From contig JBMORX010000003.1 of assembly GCA_049322615.1 (NCBI GenBank), forward strand, positions 3,328 to 67,327: a stretch of DNA of 64,000 nucleotides, read 5' to 3'. This document shows, one piece after another, positions 29,036-38,066 of this stretch; the stretch's first letter is position 1; the number at the start of each line of letters is the position of its first letter. Made by a program: the position numbers and the translations under genes. The notes under the pieces were generated by a model. That model made no database searches. It was not told where the DNA came from and was given only the letters and a program-made list of their open reading frames with translations. Origin of the DNA: Patescibacteria group bacterium (lineage in GTDB: Bacteria > Patescibacteriota > Microgenomatia > CAYGWK01).

Positions 29036-29692
29036 TCATTCATGAATCACAATCCTTGTTCCGGGATTATCTCCAGTTGCCCTAATAGCGTTTAAAGCAT
29101 CAACCGAAGGGGTTGTCCAGTAAAAGAGTCTCTCTGCTACTGGTGTTGGCAAATTAACACATCCGTGACTCATTGTCCGACCAAAATTATTATGCCAATA
29201 GGTTCCATGAAGCCCAAAACCATTATGAAAATACATGATATAGGGAACATTGGGTAGATAATAATAACTATGGGTACCTTTTTCGCCTCCCTCCATTTTA
29301 GCGTACTTAAACTTGCTCCAGATGCGAAATTCACCGGTAATGGTTGGTGTCCAAGGTTTGCCCGAGGAAATCAAAGTCTCCAGAAAAAGATTATTTCCCT
29401 CCCAGGCGCGAAGTTTTTGTTCGGATAAATCAACCTCAATCCATTTTTCTACCCCGGTTTTCTCACCTAAAACTTTTCTCTCGCTTGGCGAAAGCTCCCA
29501 CCTGGCTAAAGGTGCTTGAATTTTCTTTCCTTCAAAATAGGCTTGGGTCTCCCCAAACTGAAATTCTCCAGTTCCTTGACAATAACAGCCAGGTTTCTCA
29601 AGCAGAAATTTCTGGCTTGAGAAAAATAAAACAAAAACAGCCATAAATAAGGCCGTCGGAAGAAGAATTAAGAAAAAATTTTTCTGTTGCAT
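29036..29692 (-). CDS. L,D-transpeptidase (YkuD family)
   Basis: IEVDLSEQ, HGTYWH...SHGCVNL. Confidence 0.93.
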   Translation of the reverse strand: MQQKNFFLILLPTALFMAVFVLFFSSQKFLLEKPGCYCQGTGEFQFGETQAYFEGKKIQAPLARWELSPSERKVLGEKTGVEKWIEVDLSEQKLRAWEGNNLFLETLISSGKPWTPTITGEFRIWSKFKYAKMEGGEKGTHSYYYLPNVPYIMYFHNGFGLHGTYWHNNFGRTMSHGCVNLPTPVAERLFYWTTPSVDALNAIRATGDNPGTRIVIHE

Positions 29693-29775
29693 AAATCCAT
29701 ATTAACATGAAGAATTTTATCTTGACAAGAGGAGTTTTAGGAAATAATTAGGAAATAATAGGATTTTAAGCCACA

Positions 29776-29825
29776 AAAAAAGCGCCGGGAAAAACGTAGC
29801 AAGTGTCTGCTACACCACGGCGCTC
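29776..29825 (-). terminator. Intrinsic terminator of the GC-rich mini-operon
   Basis: AGCGCCG...CGGCGCT stem followed by a T-run on the minus strand. Confidence 0.75.
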
Positions 29826-29871
29826 TTCTTGCACCATTCGATTTGCGGAAAATTGACCGTATGTCTGCCTC

Positions 29872-30159
29872 CTACTTCTTGACTTCGATCACTTCGCCGT
29901 CTGGACCGGTGATGGTGAGCCTGCGGAGACGCGGATGGGTCTTGAAGTCATTGGCCTCGACGAACTCTTCCAGCGCCTCTCTGGTCATACCACGCACCAC
30001 GATTTCCTCGCTACCACCGTGCATCAACACGAACGCCACCTCCATGAACTCAGGGGGGCGGAAGTTCGCGTCAAGCCTGTAAGGCATCGAAGGGTCGTCG
30101 GCGATGTTTGTGCCGCCGGTTTGATAAATCAGCTTCAGACCAGGAATAACGTCGGACAT
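29872..30159 (-). CDS. Hypothetical protein (GC-rich)
   Basis: CAGGAGG SD before ATG 30159; GC-rich codon usage. Confidence 0.7.
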   Translation of the reverse strand: MSDVIPGLKLIYQTGGTNIADDPSMPYRLDANFRPPEFMEVAFVLMHGGSEEIVVRGMTREALEEFVEANDFKTHPRLRRLTITGPDGEVIEVKK

Positions 30160-30172
30160 CTTGTGCCTCCTG

Positions 30173-30444
30173 TTACTCATTCTCGACTTCGCGCACGATT
30201 TCGAGTCCGTAGTGCTGTGTCAAGATGAACTTGACGAATCCCAACGCGTTTGCGTCGTGCACTCGGACTTCCCACGTTCCGTCAGCTTCCTGAACCGGCA
30301 ACCCCTGAGGGAGCGGCGCAACGAATGAGGCGGGTGTTTGAACAACCAGATGGTCGTCAATTCGCTTCATTACCTGCGGCGTGGTGTAACCACTACACTA
30401 CCAGGAGGAGCTTTGACGTAGAGCTGATACCACTTACCGAACAT
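30173..30444 (-). CDS. Hypothetical protein(s): 24-aa ORF 30370..30444 coupled by TAATG to 65-aa ORF 30173..30370, or one frameshifted gene
   Basis: GAAAGGAGA SD before ATG 30444; its stop overlaps the next ATG. Confidence 0.55.
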
Positions 30445-30696
30445 GTTTATTCTCCTTTCGATGAGATGATGGACAGATCGTCCAGCTTCCGAATGGATAG
30501 CGCTTTAGACACTAGCGGTAATGCCCAAAGTGCTACCCACTCGGTAAGGAGGTTATATTTATTTCTTCCGACCCGCCAAACGGGTCAGGAACGTTCGACG
30601 TTCCGCAAACTATTAAGGTGCAAGAACAATAAATTACCCTGAATTAAGCAAAAAATAGGTTGCTTTATACCTACCCTTACTTAAATCAATGCCAGA

Positions 30697-30725
30697 AGTA
30701 TACCATAGAAAAAACAAAAAGTCAA
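30697..30725 (-). promoter_or_regulatory. Near-consensus sigma70 promoter
   Basis: TTGACT-17 nt-TATACT. Confidence 0.8.
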
Positions 30726-30838
30726 TTATTATAGGGTTGGGTGCTGAATTTGGCTATTTTGGTTTTGGAATTTTGGCTTCATTCAGAAGGCGGAGAATTA
30801 GTAAGCGTCCCATCGATATCAAAAATTGCCAGATTCAT

Positions 30839-30912
30839 TGGCTGCCCAGCCTCGATTCGAACGAGGATTAGATGGTCCAGAGCCATCTGGCCTACCGTTA
30901 GCCGACCGGGCA
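30839..30912 (-). tRNA. tRNA-Gln (CTG)
   Basis: TGCCCGG/CTGGGCA acceptor stem plus G-CCA; anticodon arm GATGG-CTCTGGA-CCATC; GTTCGAAT T-loop. Confidence 0.95.
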
Positions 30913-30975
30913 ATCAGGCTCAATTTTACCATTTACCACTTGACTAATCAATTTTTCCTATGTCAAAATACGATT

Positions 30976-31239
30976 ATGCTCACCAGAAAAGATTTAAAAG
31001 AGGAAATTGAAATTGCCGTTGCTCATATCAGTCAGGTGCTTACCAAGGCGCTTGCAACTTTGGCGACCAAAGAAGAACTCGCTAAAGTTGAAACGAGACT
31101 TGAGAATATTGAGACAGATGTTAGGGATATCAAAAGAGACGTCAGGGATTTGAAAGCGGACACGCCAACTGCTAAAGAATTTCAAAACCACGAAAAGAGA
31201 ATTACAAACTTAGAAAAACGGTCTTCACTTCTTAATTAG
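30976..31239 (+). CDS. Small coiled-coil hypothetical protein (MLTRKDL type)
   Basis: ATG 30976; ATKEEL, HEKRITNLE heptads. Confidence 0.7.
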   Translation: MLTRKDLKEEIEIAVAHISQVLTKALATLATKEELAKVETRLENIETDVRDIKRDVRDLKADTPTAKEFQNHEKRITNLEKRSSLLN

Positions 31240-32514
31240 AGAAATTACTTCCCGGAGTCGTTTTAGGGTTTTTTCGCGACCGAGAATTTCGACTGAATCA
31301 GTAATTGGAGGAGTTATCTTCGAACCAGCAATGGCGACTCGGAAATTCATAAAAAATTCTCCGGTTTTCCAGCCTTTTTCTTTAACAAGTTCTTGGAGAA
31401 CTTGCTCCAGATTTTTCTTATCCCAGGTTTTTAGTTTTTCTAAAACTTCAAGTGCTAAAGACAACTGTCCTTTGGCATTTTTTTCAAAAAGTTTTTTCTC
31501 AACCTTTGGTTCTTTAAAGAAAAATCCAGCTAAGACAGAATAATCTGAAAGTTTATTTAATCTTTCTTTAACTAACAGGATAGTTTGATTAATTAAAGTG
31601 GGGCTTGCACCTTTCGGAGCAAATGGTTTAATTAATTGAAGTAGCTGGCTATCAGATTTTTTTCTGATATAAACACCGTTTAACCAATCAAGTTTTTGAA
31701 AATTAAAAATTGGGGCAGTGGTCACCACTCTTTCAAAACTAAAAAGTTTTATAAATTCCTCTAAAGAGAAGATATCTTTTTCTTCTGGATGAGACCAGCC
31801 TAAAAGGCTCAAGAAATTAATCAAGGCTTCGGGTAAATAGCCTTGCTCTTGATACCAAGATAAAGCAATTGGGTTTTCTCTTTTTGAGATTTTTGATCGA
31901 TCAGGATTTCTTAGAATTGGCATGTGGGCAAAAATTGGCGGTTTTTCACCTAATGCTTGATAGACCAGGAGCTGACGCGGAGTATTTGAAATATGTTCTT
32001 CGGCTCTGATAACATGGGAAATCTTCATCAGGAGATCATCAACCACACAAGCAAAATTATAAGTTGGAAACCCATCTGATTTTAACAAAACAAAATCCTC
32101 AATATTTTCATTTTTGAAAGAGATTTTTCCTCGAACCAAATCATCCCAAGAAATTTCGCCAGTTTTGGGGACCCGAAGACGAACCGCTCCTTCATCTTCA
32201 AAGGCAAGTTTTTTATTCAAAAGTTTCTGGCAAGTTTTTTGGTACAAAGAAAGACGCTCTGATTGGCGATACGGACCAAAAGGACCACCAATATCGGGTC
32301 CTTCATCATAGAGCAAACCTAGCCATTTTAGACCATCGAAAATTGCCTTCTCCGCTTCAGGAATATGGCGCTTAACATCAGTGTCTTCAATCCGGAGAAT
32401 AAACTTGCCTTTATTTTGGTGGGCAAAAGCAAAATTAAAAAGTGAAATATAAGCAGTCCCAACATGGGCAAAACCCGTTGGCGAAGGAGCAATTCTAACT
32501 CTAACTTTCTTCAT
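31225..32514 (-). CDS. gltX: Glutamate--tRNA ligase
   Basis: RIAPSPTG.AHVG (HIGH), KISKR (KMSKS). Confidence 0.98.
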   Translation of the reverse strand: MKKVRVRIAPSPTGFAHVGTAYISLFNFAFAHQNKGKFILRIEDTDVKRHIPEAEKAIFDGLKWLGLLYDEGPDIGGPFGPYRQSERLSLYQKTCQKLLNKKLAFEDEGAVRLRVPKTGEISWDDLVRGKISFKNENIEDFVLLKSDGFPTYNFACVVDDLLMKISHVIRAEEHISNTPRQLLVYQALGEKPPIFAHMPILRNPDRSKISKRENPIALSWYQEQGYLPEALINFLSLLGWSHPEEKDIFSLEEFIKLFSFERVVTTAPIFNFQKLDWLNGVYIRKKSDSQLLQLIKPFAPKGASPTLINQTILLVKERLNKLSDYSVLAGFFFKEPKVEKKLFEKNAKGQLSLALEVLEKLKTWDKKNLEQVLQELVKEKGWKTGEFFMNFRVAIAGSKITPPITDSVEILGREKTLKRLREVISLIKK

Positions 32515-32586
32515 TTCACCTTGATTTTAACACAAGGTAACTTTATACTCAAAATACAGGCCTATTCATCCTGAGCCTGTCGAAGA

Positions 32587-33639
32587 ATGGCTACTTTAAC
32601 GGAAACTGCCTACTATACTCGCAAAGGAATAAAATACGGCGCGATTGCTCTGGTAGTCTTTTTAGTCTTTCGGTTTATTTGGGGAATAACTTCTGCCTAT
32701 CTTCGGAAAATCCATCCTCCACCTCCCCCTCCGCCAACGGTTTCTTTTGGAAAATTGCCAAAGATTGATTTTCCCAAAAAAGAGGGCTTACCAACACTCT
32801 CTTTTAAACTTGAGACCATTCAGGGAGCTGTTCCAAAACTTGACAGTATCAGTAAGGTCTATTTTTCGGTCAAACCCGGAGCCACTCTTCTTTCTTTAGA
32901 CCGAGCCAAAGAAACTGCCAAAAAAATGGGGTTTTCCACCAATCCCCAAGCTCTTTCCTCAAAAACCTACCGCTTTCAAACTCAGACAACTCCTCCAACC
33001 AGCCTTGATATTGATATCATCACTTTAAACTTTAAACTTTATTATGATTTCTCAAGCGATCAAACCATTTTAACTGAAAAAAAGTTACCCTCAAATGACC
33101 AGGCAATATCTGAAGCAAAAAGTTTTCTTTCCTCTGCAGGGCTTCTTGCTCAAGATTTGTCTTTGGGCAAAGCCCAAGTCTCCTATCTTAAATATCAAGC
33201 TCCAAACCTTATGCCGGCAATTTCTCTATCCGAGGCTGACTTTGTCAAAGTGGGACTTTTTAGAGAAGATTTAGGAGGTCTCCCAATTTTACCCGAAAAC
33301 CCCAAAGAAGGTTCTATTACTTTCCTTTTTTCAGGGGCGCGAGCAAGAGAAAAAAGAATCGTTGAAATAAACTATAATTACAATAAAATTGAAAGAGAAA
33401 GTTTTGCTACCTATCCCCTAAAGTCTGCCCAAACAGCCTGGCAAGAGCTTCAAGGCGGGAAGGGATTTATTGCCTCTCTTGGAGAAAATACTGATGGTAA
33501 GATAACGGTCAGAAAAGTATATCTTGCCTATTTTGACTCTCCCCAACCCCAAAATTTTCTCCAGCCAATTTTTGTTTTCGAGGGAGACAGAGATTTTTTT
33601 GCTTATGTCTCCGCGGTTGATTCCAAATGGATCGAATAG
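32587..33639 (+). CDS. Membrane-anchored hypothetical protein
   Basis: N-terminal TM, poly-Pro linker, LQPIFVFEG C-terminal motif. Confidence 0.8.
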   Translation: MATLTETAYYTRKGIKYGAIALVVFLVFRFIWGITSAYLRKIHPPPPPPPTVSFGKLPKIDFPKKEGLPTLSFKLETIQGAVPKLDSISKVYFSVKPGATLLSLDRAKETAKKMGFSTNPQALSSKTYRFQTQTTPPTSLDIDIITLNFKLYYDFSSDQTILTEKKLPSNDQAISEAKSFLSSAGLLAQDLSLGKAQVSYLKYQAPNLMPAISLSEADFVKVGLFREDLGGLPILPENPKEGSITFLFSGARAREKRIVEINYNYNKIERESFATYPLKSAQTAWQELQGGKGFIASLGENTDGKITVRKVYLAYFDSPQPQNFLQPIFVFEGDRDFFAYVSAVDSKWIE

Positions 33640-33642
33640 GCT

Positions 33643-34620
33643 TCAACCCGGTGTCTCCCAACTAAAGTTTCCAAAAACCCAATCAAGAAGTTTTTCTGTT
33701 TCTCCAAAACGATCCTGGCTCCCCAAAACAACAGTGATAACTTTTCTTCCGTCTCGCTCATCAATGCCAACAAGACATTCTCCAGCATTAATGGTCCAAC
33801 CAGTTTTAATCCCCTTAATCCCCGGAATTTTTCCCAAAAGCACATTAATATTACTCATTGGGTGACTAATTTTTGAGTCAGAAGAATAGACGACAACCTT
33901 ATCAGTGGCAACAATTCGGGCAAAAACTGGATTTTGGATGGCACTTTTTGCCAGTCTGGCTAAATCAGACGCTGAAGTATATTCTCCCTCCTCGTCTATT
34001 CCAGTTGGATTAACAAAATAAGTATTTGCAAGCTTTAAGCTCTTTGCTTTTTGGTTCATCTCCTCAATAAAATTAGTCCTACCTCCAGGATAGTTTGCCG
34101 CCAGGGTCTCTGCCGCATCATTGGCTGAAGCCACAAGTAGGGCATATAAAAGATTTTCGACTGTCATTTTTTCTCCTTTTTGAAGTTTAATATCCTGTCC
34201 CTCCCTAAAAACATCTGGGACCTCAAGAACTTGCTCTTGAGGATAATAGTCCAAGGAAACTAAAGCAGTCATTATTTTGGTGGTCGAAGCCGGCAGAAGT
34301 TTTAAATTTGGATTTTTCTCATACATGACTACCCAAGAAGGGAGATCAACGACAAGAGCAGATTTTGCCGAAAGAAGAGGCGCAGGAGCGCCGGTTCTGT
34401 TTTTTGGAATTGGGAAAGGTTGAGGAATAACAAAATGAGAGGCTTGAACTTTTGGATTTTGCCAAGAAAGCCTAAGGGTATCGTAATAACCCTGTCCTGG
34501 GAGTAAAAAGACCACAAAGAAGGTTAGAAGAAAATTAAATCCAGAAAGTTTTTTCTTCCACAAAAATAAAAAGAACTTTTTAAGATTTTTAATCTCTTTT
34601 AAAGTCTTTTTTTTAATCAT
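33643..34620 (-). CDS. D-alanyl-D-alanine carboxypeptidase (peptidase S11)
   Basis: ASTTK (SxxK), SAN (SxN), KTG motifs. Confidence 0.93.
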   Translation of the reverse strand: MIKKKTLKEIKNLKKFFLFLWKKKLSGFNFLLTFFVVFLLPGQGYYDTLRLSWQNPKVQASHFVIPQPFPIPKNRTGAPAPLLSAKSALVVDLPSWVVMYEKNPNLKLLPASTTKIMTALVSLDYYPQEQVLEVPDVFREGQDIKLQKGEKMTVENLLYALLVASANDAAETLAANYPGGRTNFIEEMNQKAKSLKLANTYFVNPTGIDEEGEYTSASDLARLAKSAIQNPVFARIVATDKVVVYSSDSKISHPMSNINVLLGKIPGIKGIKTGWTINAGECLVGIDERDGRKVITVVLGSQDRFGETEKLLDWVFGNFSWETPG

Positions 34621-34687
34621 TTCTTAAACCAGATCCTTATGTGTCTACCTGTCCCACACCCGGTGTGTGATAGCTTGACACATAAGG

Positions 34688-35155
34688 TTATATTGCAAAG
34701 TCACCTAAAGAGGGCTTAACTAAACAAAAATAATCTTGATATTTCATTCTGATAGATTTCGTATGAAGACCAGCATTAAAAACTATCTCCTGATTTCTTC
34801 CCAAAGATTTGTCAACATAAACTGGCAAATTATGTAAATTACCCAAAGGATGAACAGCGCCAATCTGGAGTCCCGTCAATTGCACCACTTCTTCAGGTGT
34901 TGCCATCCGTAAATCATCAATCTTTTCTACCTCTTTAAACCGTCCGATATCCACCTTTTTGTCCCCTGGTACCACAATCATTATTGGTTTGCCGTCGGCG
35001 ACAAAAATCAGGGCTTTGGCTCCTCCTTTAAGACTTGAGCCGCGAACCTTAGCCGCCTGCTCACTAGTATAAACCGGTTCGTGTTCAAAAAGATAATAGT
35101 TAATTTTATTAGCCTGAAGTAATCTAATAATCTCTTCAAAAACAACCTGGCTCAT
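34688..35155 (-). CDS. YbaK/ProRS-associated aminoacyl-tRNA editing protein
   Basis: HEPVYTSEQAA, AKAL, GAVHPLG, FNAG. Confidence 0.88.
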   Translation of the reverse strand: MSQVVFEEIIRLLQANKINYYLFEHEPVYTSEQAAKVRGSSLKGGAKALIFVADGKPIMIVVPGDKKVDIGRFKEVEKIDDLRMATPEEVVQLTGLQIGAVHPLGNLHNLPVYVDKSLGRNQEIVFNAGLHTKSIRMKYQDYFCLVKPSLGDFAI

Positions 35156-35194
35156 CGCTGATTCATCCCCTGATACTCATATATCAATATATGA

Positions 35195-36559
35195 TTATTT
35201 TTTGGTAATCTTAATTCCTAGATCCCTCAATTGTTCTTCGGAAACTTCAGAGGGGGCATCCATGACCGAGGTCTGACCGCTGGCATTTGCAGGAAAAGCA
35301 ATCAGTTCCCGTAGACTTTTTTCGCCAGTTACAGCCATTAATAACCGATCAATTCCCAGGGCAATCCCCCCATGAGGCGGAACCCCATATTCAAACGCCC
35401 GAAGGAGATGACCAAACTTTTTCTCGATTTCCTCATCCGAAAGCCCAAGGATTCTAAAAACTTTTCTTTGAATTTCCGGATTGGTAATTCGCAGACTACC
35501 ACCGCCCACCTCAAATCCGTTGCAAACCAAATCATGCTGCCAAGAACGAACTTTCATCGGTTCTTTATCTAGTAAAGGAATATCTTCGTCTTTTGGGGCA
35601 GTAAAAGGATGATGAGAGGGGGCAATTTCCCTCTCTGGCGTCTTTTCAAACAATGGAAAATCCAAAACCCAAGTAAAAGCAACAATACCTGGATCCTTTT
35701 TTTCTCGGAGATCAAATTTGTCATCACCAAATTTTTTCATTGCTTCTTTGTAACTAAATCGGGGAAATGGTTTTTGAAAAAGTTCTTTCTTAAAAATCTT
35801 CTCGGTCAACTCGGTAAAAAGCACTTCAATTAATTGAAGTATTTCCTCTTGGGTAACAAAAGACATCTCCAAATCAAGTTGAGTAAATTCACCATAGGCT
35901 CGATCAGCCCGCGGGTCTTCATCACGAAAACAGCGGGCAATCTGATAATATTTCTCAAAGCCTGAAACCATTAAAAGTTGTTTATATTGTTGAGGAGATT
36001 GAGGAAGAGCATAAAACTTACCAGGTTTGAGTCTTGAAGGAACAATAAAATCTCGAGCGCCTTCAGGAGTGGCTTTGGTTAAAATTGGCGTTTCAATTTC
36101 AATAAAACCTCGTTCATCAAGCCAGTCACGAATAAACTTAATTGTTTTGTGTCTAAGTTCTAAGTGTTTAACCAGACGTGGGCGGCGAAGATCTAAATAG
36201 CGATATTTTAGTCTTAGGTCTTCGTCAATATCTAACCCTTCGGTATCTATCGGAAAAGGCAACTCTTTCGCTTTGGCCAAAACCTTAATTTCTTCTACCT
36301 CTACTTCTATCTCGCCTGTTGGGATTTTAGGATTTATCATTTCCTTGGGTCGTTTTCTAATTGCTCCAGTAATTTCAATCACATCCTCGGCTCGCAAATC
36401 CCCAAGTTTCTGATCGCCAACTATCTGAACAATTCCAGATCTGTCCCGAAGATCAACAAAAACCAGTTTTCCATGGTCCCGTCGAGCTTGAACCCAACCA
36501 CAAAGGCGAGCTTTTTCGCCTATTTTTTTAATTGTTTCTTGAGTAAGTATTCTTTCCAT
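35195..36559 (-). CDS. aspS: Aspartate--tRNA ligase (short, lacks GAD insertion)
   Basis: TPEGARDF, LPQSPQ, FRDED.RADR, PPHGGIALG.DR. Confidence 0.97.
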   Translation of the reverse strand: MERILTQETIKKIGEKARLCGWVQARRDHGKLVFVDLRDRSGIVQIVGDQKLGDLRAEDVIEITGAIRKRPKEMINPKIPTGEIEVEVEEIKVLAKAKELPFPIDTEGLDIDEDLRLKYRYLDLRRPRLVKHLELRHKTIKFIRDWLDERGFIEIETPILTKATPEGARDFIVPSRLKPGKFYALPQSPQQYKQLLMVSGFEKYYQIARCFRDEDPRADRAYGEFTQLDLEMSFVTQEEILQLIEVLFTELTEKIFKKELFQKPFPRFSYKEAMKKFGDDKFDLREKKDPGIVAFTWVLDFPLFEKTPEREIAPSHHPFTAPKDEDIPLLDKEPMKVRSWQHDLVCNGFEVGGGSLRITNPEIQRKVFRILGLSDEEIEKKFGHLLRAFEYGVPPHGGIALGIDRLLMAVTGEKSLRELIAFPANASGQTSVMDAPSEVSEEQLRDLGIKITKK

Positions 36560-36572
36560 GACTACATTATAC

Positions 36573-38066
36573 TCAAGAGGGGCGGTCTTTACTAGAACGA
36601 AAATGTTTCAAGATTTCTTTCTTGGCAACCCTGGTGACGACAAAAGAAAGCCAATCGCGCGATGGACCTTTCTTTTTTTCTGAAGTCAAAATCTCAACCA
36701 TATCTCCACTTTTAAGTTTTGAATCTAGGGAAACCATTTTCCCATTAACCTTTGCTCCCACTGCCTTGTCTCCAAGTTCAGTATGGACCGCATAAGCAAA
36801 ATCAATGGGGGAAGACTCGACCGGTAGATCAAAAACATCTCCATTTGGGGAAAAGACAAAAATCCGGTGGCGCAGAGCATCAAATTTTAAAGCATCTAAA
36901 AACTCGCTGGAGTCAACCATTTCTTTTTGCCAAGCCACAAGTTGTTTAACCCAGGAAAGTTTTTCATCAGGGGCAAAAACTCCGTCTCTAAGTCTTTTAC
37001 CCGAGACGCCAGCCGTTTTTAGATGTCCATAATACCAATGGGCGGCGATTCCATTTTCTGCCTCCTCGTGCATCTCGTAAGTTCTTATTTGAACCTCAAT
37101 AATTTTTCCTCCCGGTCCAAAAACTTTGGTATGAATTGAGCGATAACCATTTGGTTTGGGAACAGCAATGAAATCAGAAATCCCAACGAAGGGTACTGGT
37201 TTCCAAATTTTATGAACTACTCCTAAGGCAGCATAACAATCACGAACTGAATTCACCAAAATCCGAAGAGCAACAAGATCATGAATTTTTGTAATATCTT
37301 TATCAACTTCAGGACGGAGAAGTTTTCGCCATAAAGAATATAAGTGTTTAGCCCGACCCGAAACCTCGGCTTTTATTTTTTCTTTTTTTAATTCTTCAAG
37401 GATTGCTTTTCTGGCACCCTGGACGTATTCTTCTGCTTGGTGATAGTATGGGACGGAATAATTTCTAACCCAGGCAAAATCTTGGGGATAAACATAGGGA
37501 AAAGCTAAATCCTCAAGTCTTCCCTTTATCTCTCCAATCCCGAGTCTCTCCGCTAAAGGAGCATAAACCTCAAGTGTCTCCTTGGCAATTCTCTTTTGTT
37601 TCTCTTCTGGCAAGAAGGAAAGAGTCTGCATATTATGATAGCGATCCGCCAGCTTAATTAGAACAACCCGCAAATCGTGAGCCATCACCACAAGCATTTT
37701 TCTTAAATTCTCGACAAATTGTTCTTCAACTGAACCCCGAAGTTTTAACTCGCCAATTTTGGTCACCCCCCAAACCAACTCTGCCACCTGTTCTCCAAAT
37801 TCTTTTTTTACTTCTTCGAGGGTTTTTCCACCATCTTCAATCACATCATGCAAAAGCCCGGCAATAATTGAAGTTGTATCCAATTTCCAGTCAGCTAAAA
37901 TTTCCGCCACCGAAAGTAAATGATCTAAAACCGGCTCACCGGAAAGACGAACTTGGCCAAGATGGGCTTCAGAAACAAAAATAAAGGCTTTTTTTACCTT
38001 ATCAAGACCAGCTTCAGGATTATAGTTTTTTATTTTCTCAATTAATGTTTTAAATTCTTTCTCCAT
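36573..38066 (-). CDS. relA: RelA/SpoT (p)ppGpp synthetase/hydrolase with TGS domain
   Basis: LLHDVIED, PK.NGYRSIHT, EVQIRT, DFAYAVHT. Confidence 0.92.
   Translation of the reverse strand: MEKEFKTLIEKIKNYNPEAGLDKVKKAFIFVSEAHLGQVRLSGEPVLDHLLSVAEILADWKLDTTSIIAGLLHDVIEDGGKTLEEVKKEFGEQVAELVWGVTKIGELKLRGSVEEQFVENLRKMLVVMAHDLRVVLIKLADRYHNMQTLSFLPEEKQKRIAKETLEVYAPLAERLGIGEIKGRLEDLAFPYVYPQDFAWVRNYSVPYYHQAEEYVQGARKAILEELKKEKIKAEVSGRAKHLYSLWRKLLRPEVDKDITKIHDLVALRILVNSVRDCYAALGVVHKIWKPVPFVGISDFIAVPKPNGYRSIHTKVFGPGGKIIEVQIRTYEMHEEAENGIAAHWYYGHLKTAGVSGKRLRDGVFAPDEKLSWVKQLVAWQKEMVDSSEFLDALKFDALRHRIFVFSPNGDVFDLPVESSPIDFAYAVHTELGDKAVGAKVNGKMVSLDSKLKSGDMVEILTSEKKKGPSRDWLSFVVTRVAKKEILKHFRSSKDRPS

Noticed and set aside
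29700-30912. tRNA-integrated prophage or island with att duplication
   Set aside because: No duplicate of the tRNA-Gln 3' end and no integrase seen
30826-30975. ORFs overlapping 30839-30912
   Set aside because: The region is a clear tRNA-Gln; the downstream gene starts at 30976
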